DNA of 32,000 nt, taken from the NCBI GenBank assembly GCA_022560555.1, contig JADFSZ010000001.1:4006-36005 (forward strand). The letters are read 5' to 3'. This document shows positions 28,277 through 32,000 of this stretch, piece by piece; position 1 is the first letter of the stretch; each line of letters opens with the position of its first letter. The translations under genes were made by a program, and so were the position numbers. The notes under the pieces are model-generated. The model ran no database searches. It was not told the DNA's origin and worked only from the letters and a program-made list of their open reading frames with translations. The DNA comes from PVC group bacterium. GTDB taxonomy: Bacteria; GCA-001730085; JADFSZ01.

Positions 28277-30460
28277 TCACTCGTTCAGATCGGAATCAAT
28301 ATACCGATTCAATTTTGCTCTGTCAGCACTTGCAATATCTAAATAACAAACGGCAATATCATACGTTTTGTTCGAAACATCTTCATCAACACGAACAGCT
28401 TTCGCGAGACAGACAATAGGATTTTCGTCACCTTCCAATTCAACCTTAAGATCCAGTAAAGAACCGATCGCAACGGGTTTATGTGCCACAAACAAAATCC
28501 CTCCAGCAGATACATTTTTTGTGACCGCTAACTGCTCAGGCTTAAACACCCCTTTAATCAATTCGTCATGAGATTTGTAAACTTTGTAAGAAATATTCAG
28601 GTTCCGGGCCAATCTAGAATAATTACGCCGCCCCTGAACATTTTCGCTTGATTCATCGCTAAGGGTACTAGGCGGTGGAGATCCCTTGGTCGGCCTCGTT
28701 CCTGTTGCAATGGCTGTTCTCACAGGCACCCCGGGATCCACTATGGGTGTAACCTGCATGATTTCTTCCGCAGTTGTGACACCTTGGACAACTTTCTGCC
28801 AACCGTCTTGTCTTAAAACACGCATACCTTTTTGGATGGCAACACGTTTGATATGGCTGGACGATGTTTTTTTAATAATCAAATCTTTGATTTCATCATC
28901 CACAAGCAATATCTCGTAGATCGCTACACGGCCAAAAAAACCAGTAAAATTGCAATTGGGGCACCCTTTCCCTCGATAAATTTTCATATTCGCGTCTTTC
29001 AGCCCTAAATCCCGGGCCAGGGTTTCTTTGAGTTCTTTCGGTGTGATTTTGTCTTCATATTTACAATCGGAACAGATCATACGTATCAGTCTTTGAGCGA
29101 TAAAGGCTTCCACGCTTGAGGCTACGAGATAGGGCTCCACGCCGATGTCCACAAGACGCGTAATACCGCTCGACGCGTCATTCGTATGAAGAGTGGAAAA
29201 TATCAGATGTCCCGTCAAAGCCACGCGAATAGCGATGGAAGCCGTCTCAAGGTCTCTCACTTCGCCCACCATGATCACATCGGGGTCATGCCGCAAGATA
29301 CTTCTCAGCCCCCGCGCGAAATCAAGTCCGATTTCAGACATAACCTGCATCTGTGTAATCCCCTTCATTTCATATTCCACGGGATCCTCGATGGTGATAA
29401 TTTTACGTTCTCTTGTGTTAATGCGATTCAAACAGGAATAAAGAGTGGTTGTTTTTCCGCTTCCCGTGGGGCCCGTGAGAAATACAATGCCGTGGGGTTT
29501 TTGTATCAGGCTTTCAAAGACTCTTAATTCCGCCATGGCTAGACCCAGCTTTTCCAAACTGAACAGACGACTGCTCGGCAACATTCTCACGACGACACTC
29601 TCTCCGAAAGGCGTGGGAACAGTGGAGATACGCAAGTCCAAAACATCGTCCTGAACTTTCACCATGGCGCGTCCATCTTGCGGCAATCGCCTCTCAACAA
29701 TGTTCAAGCTGGACATAATTTTAATGCGTGAAATAATCGCGTTAATATTTTTTTTGACGCCGGGTGAAATATTTGTCTCATAAAGAAGCCCGTCGATACG
29801 GTACCTTAAAGATACACCGCCGCGAAACGGCTCAATATGAATATCCGTCGCGCGTTTACGCCATCCTTCTAAAATGATTTGATTCACGAGCTTGATAACA
29901 GACTCATCATCAGCTAGATCCTCTAAATCCGTAAGCTCGTCTTTCTCTTGTGCCTTTGAGTCCTTTTTCGAGGCAGTCTCCGCAACGACTGACATTCTGT
30001 CCAAGGTTTCAGCCCCTAAACCATAACTTCTTTTCAATGCTTCCATCATATCTTTTGTCGATGTTAAAACAAACGCGACTTCATAACCGAGCTGCGTGCG
30101 TATCTCATCCTGGGTCTTCAGATCCATGGGGGCATTCACAGCAACAGTCAACGTTCGTCCTTTAATACGCATCGGTAAAAAACGATAGTATGTTGCGATT
30201 TTGACGGGAACAATATCCAGGACTTTCTGGTCTACCTCGGCATTGCGGACATCAACAATTTCAAGCCCAAGCGTATCGGAAAGAACCTGTAAAATATCCG
30301 TTTCTTTAATCACTGATTTACTGATAAGGACCTGCTGCAGCGTTGCACCTGATTGACCAATTTCTTTAAGTAAAGGCTCGAGCTTCTCTTTGGACAACAT
30401 GCCTTTTTGCATCAAAGCTTCTAAGAGGACTGTGTCATGTTTTTTCGTGCTTGGCATCAT
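28277..30460 (-). CDS. gspE: GspE/PilB-family secretion ATPase with N-terminal MshEN-like (T2SSE_N) domain and C-terminal PilZ domain
   Basis: 727 aa, one uninterrupted ORF. Walker A GPTGSGKTTT, Walker B IIMVGEVRD, His box TGHLIFSTLHTND and tetracysteine CSDC...CPNC. After a Pro/Ser/Thr-rich linker comes a PilZ with RRNYSR (RRxxxR) and NVSAGG (NxSxxG). Confidence 0.9.
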   Translation of the reverse strand: MMPSTKKHDTVLLEALMQKGMLSKEKLEPLLKEIGQSGATLQQVLISKSVIKETDILQVLSDTLGLEIVDVRNAEVDQKVLDIVPVKIATYYRFLPMRIKGRTLTVAVNAPMDLKTQDEIRTQLGYEVAFVLTSTKDMMEALKRSYGLGAETLDRMSVVAETASKKDSKAQEKDELTDLEDLADDESVIKLVNQIILEGWRKRATDIHIEPFRGGVSLRYRIDGLLYETNISPGVKKNINAIISRIKIMSSLNIVERRLPQDGRAMVKVQDDVLDLRISTVPTPFGESVVVRMLPSSRLFSLEKLGLAMAELRVFESLIQKPHGIVFLTGPTGSGKTTTLYSCLNRINTRERKIITIEDPVEYEMKGITQMQVMSEIGLDFARGLRSILRHDPDVIMVGEVRDLETASIAIRVALTGHLIFSTLHTNDASSGITRLVDIGVEPYLVASSVEAFIAQRLIRMICSDCKYEDKITPKELKETLARDLGLKDANMKIYRGKGCPNCNFTGFFGRVAIYEILLVDDEIKDLIIKKTSSSHIKRVAIQKGMRVLRQDGWQKVVQGVTTAEEIMQVTPIVDPGVPVRTAIATGTRPTKGSPPPSTLSDESSENVQGRRNYSRLARNLNISYKVYKSHDELIKGVFKPEQLAVTKNVSAGGILFVAHKPVAIGSLLDLKVELEGDENPIVCLAKAVRVDEDVSNKTYDIAVCYLDIASADRAKLNRYIDSDLNE

Positions 30461-30475
30461 TAAGCTCTTTACTGT

Positions 30476-30931
30476 TTATTTGTATTTTGATTTAACATGA
30501 TCACGGTATCTTTCAATGACATAATCGATATCACTTTTCGTGGTCAATACCAGCTTTACTTTTAGGCCCCGGGCTTCGGCCTCGGCCTTTTGAAGCACGT
30601 CAAGATCCAAGGGATTTGTGAGAGCCATGGTCACAGACACATCGTCTTCAGACACCGGGACACAATGAAAATCCATCACCAACGAAGGACTGTATTTCCC
30701 CAAAAGCTTCCAGTCCACATATTTATATTTTAACTCAACTATGGGAATAGTAAACTGCTCAGATAAAACGGCTAAAAGCTCACTCTCCTTGATCCACCGC
30801 TTCTTGAGCAGGATCTCCCCCAGGAACTGATCCGAAATTTTCTGTTCTTTGAGTGCCAAATTTAACTGTTCCGGTTTCAGCATCCCTTTTTCAACAAGAA
30901 TTTCACCGATTTTTTTCTTTTTTCGCTCCAT
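30476..30931 (-). CDS. Stand-alone MshEN / T2SSE_N domain protein (putative c-di-GMP receptor)
   Basis: 151 aa with no ATPase domain. KIGEILVEKGMLKPEQLNLALKEQ - KISDQ - FLGEILLKKRWIKESELLAVLSEQ matches the tandem 24-residue MshEN motif with its 5-residue spacer. The rest resembles the GspE N1 domain (HCVPVSEDDVSVTMALTNPLDLDVL). Confidence 0.8.
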   Translation of the reverse strand: MERKKKKIGEILVEKGMLKPEQLNLALKEQKISDQFLGEILLKKRWIKESELLAVLSEQFTIPIVELKYKYVDWKLLGKYSPSLVMDFHCVPVSEDDVSVTMALTNPLDLDVLQKAEAEARGLKVKLVLTTKSDIDYVIERYRDHVKSKYK

Positions 30932-30951
30932 CTTTAGTCATTTGGATTTCG

Positions 30952-32000
30952 TCATTTGTTATTGATTTGGTCCAATGCTCCGATCAGGTAAAACTTGTTT
31001 TCAGGTACCTGATCCACTCGACCGGACATAATTTTCTCGCATCCGGCCAATGTCTTATCCAAAGGCACATATTCTCCTTTTTTTCCTGTATAAGCCTCGG
31101 CAACCGAGAAAGGCTGTGTCAGGAAAAACTGAAGTTTCCGCGCGCGTTCATATGTCACGCGATCGGCCATAGACAATTCATCGACGCCTATCACAAGCAC
31201 AATGCGCCTCAATTCTTCATATTTCTGAAACATACGGATCACTTCATGCGCAATATCCACATGCCGTTTTCCAATAATATCGATATCTAAATTAGCACTG
31301 GAAGACAGTAAAGGATCCACCGCAGGATAAATTCCTTGCTGCACTTTTTCACGGGATAAGACCATTACGTTATCAAGAAAACTAAAAAGAGCCACCACCG
31401 CCGGATCCGTCAAATCATCCGCCGGCACATAAACGGCTTCAATAGACGTTATCGAGCCTCCTCCCTGGCTTGTTCGAATCCGTTCATGAAATTCACTGGC
31501 TTCGGCCATCATCGTCGGCTGGTACCCCGTCTCGGAGGGAACGCGCCCCATGAGGGTGGATATCTCCGCTCCGGCTTGGATATAACGAAAAATATTATCC
31601 ACAAAAAGGAGGACATCTTTGTTTTTTCTTTGGATGGATTCGGCCAACGTGATCCCCGTCATCGCGACGCCGAATCGAGCTCCCGGAGGTTCGTTCATTT
31701 GCCCGAACACCATCATAGTTTTTGAAAGAACACCATGATGCTTAAGCTCAAGGTAGAGTTCGTTTCCCTCTCGAATCCGTTCTCCGATTCCGGTAAAAAC
31801 ACAGGACCCTTCGTGTTCTTTGACAATATGCTGAATAATTTCCAACGTTAAAACACTCTTTCCCATGCCCGCTCCCCCCAAAATCCCTGTTTTGGATCCC
31901 TTCACAAGAGGAAAAAGCAAATCAATGACTTTCAATCCGGTTTCCAAAACCTCAAACGATTTCTCCTTTTTCTCACTTGTGTTAATGAGGCTGCCCATAT
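30952..32000 (-). CDS. atpD: F1-ATPase beta-subunit-like protein, divergent; 5' end probably beyond window edge
   Basis: 348 aa visible. P-loop GGAGMGKS, GIGERIREGNELY, QMNEPPGAR, DNIFRYIQAGAEIS, VYVPADDLTDPA, YPAVDPL and DELSMAD in place of DELSEED. The Walker A lies ~40 aa from the in-window ATG at 31998, versus ~150 aa in canonical beta subunits, so the N-terminal domain is most likely off-window. Confidence 0.85.
   Translation of the reverse strand, partial: MGSLINTSEKKEKSFEVLETGLKVIDLLFPLVKGSKTGILGGAGMGKSVLTLEIIQHIVKEHEGSCVFTGIGERIREGNELYLELKHHGVLSKTMMVFGQMNEPPGARFGVAMTGITLAESIQRKNKDVLLFVDNIFRYIQAGAEISTLMGRVPSETGYQPTMMAEASEFHERIRTSQGGGSITSIEAVYVPADDLTDPAVVALFSFLDNVMVLSREKVQQGIYPAVDPLLSSSANLDIDIIGKRHVDIAHEVIRMFQKYEELRRIVLVIGVDELSMADRVTYERARKLQFFLTQPFSVAEAYTGKKGEYVPLDKTLAGCEKIMSGRVDQVPENKFYLIGALDQINNK

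Noticed and set aside
30476-30931. Considered whether the 151-aa gene after the F1-beta-like gene is a divergent atpC (epsilon)
   Set aside because: Its sequence carries the tandem MshEN/T2SSE_N motif and GspE-N1-like blocks, with nothing resembling the epsilon beta-sandwich N-terminus.

Overview
Dense bacterial chromosomal segment, moderately AT-rich by eye, with AAGGAG-type Shine-Dalgarno sites and many ATGA or short gene overlaps. I found no rRNA, tRNA, CRISPR array, transposase or integrase, so lineage cannot be assigned from this window. All family calls come from motifs I recognise in the supplied translations; no searches were run. Positions 275-15895 (+ strand) are housekeeping genes. 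They comprise a DUF423/DUF4202/mdh/ygfZ-like operon, a convergent MBL-fold hydrolase, a redoxin+FIST pair, an IscA-type Fe-S carrier, thiC, bioB, queG, trxB and a menaquinone block ubiE(menG)-menF-menD-menH. From 15875 to the right edge everything is on the - strand. In genomic order this is a GT-C glycosyltransferase, a stand-alone PilZ protein, msrB, a GGCT-like gene, an exported C26 gamma-glutamyl hydrolase and a cspA unit with a long leader. A tightly packed ~11 kb type IV filament / T2SS-like operon follows at 20118-30931. Its transcription order is MshEN-only protein, GspE ATPase with a C-terminal PilZ fusion, GspF, HExxH peptidase, GspG, GspI-like, GspJ-like, GspK, a PilM::PilN fusion, a PilO/GspM-like protein, an orphan secreted protein and a membrane-anchored SAM methyltransferase. 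A divergent F1-beta-like ATPase gene with no atpC abuts it upstream. The best candidate for an undescribed system is this operon. It lacks a secretin in cis and carries layered c-di-GMP sensing: an intact MshEN domain in trans, a degenerate MshEN on the ATPase, and a PilZ fused to the ATPase.
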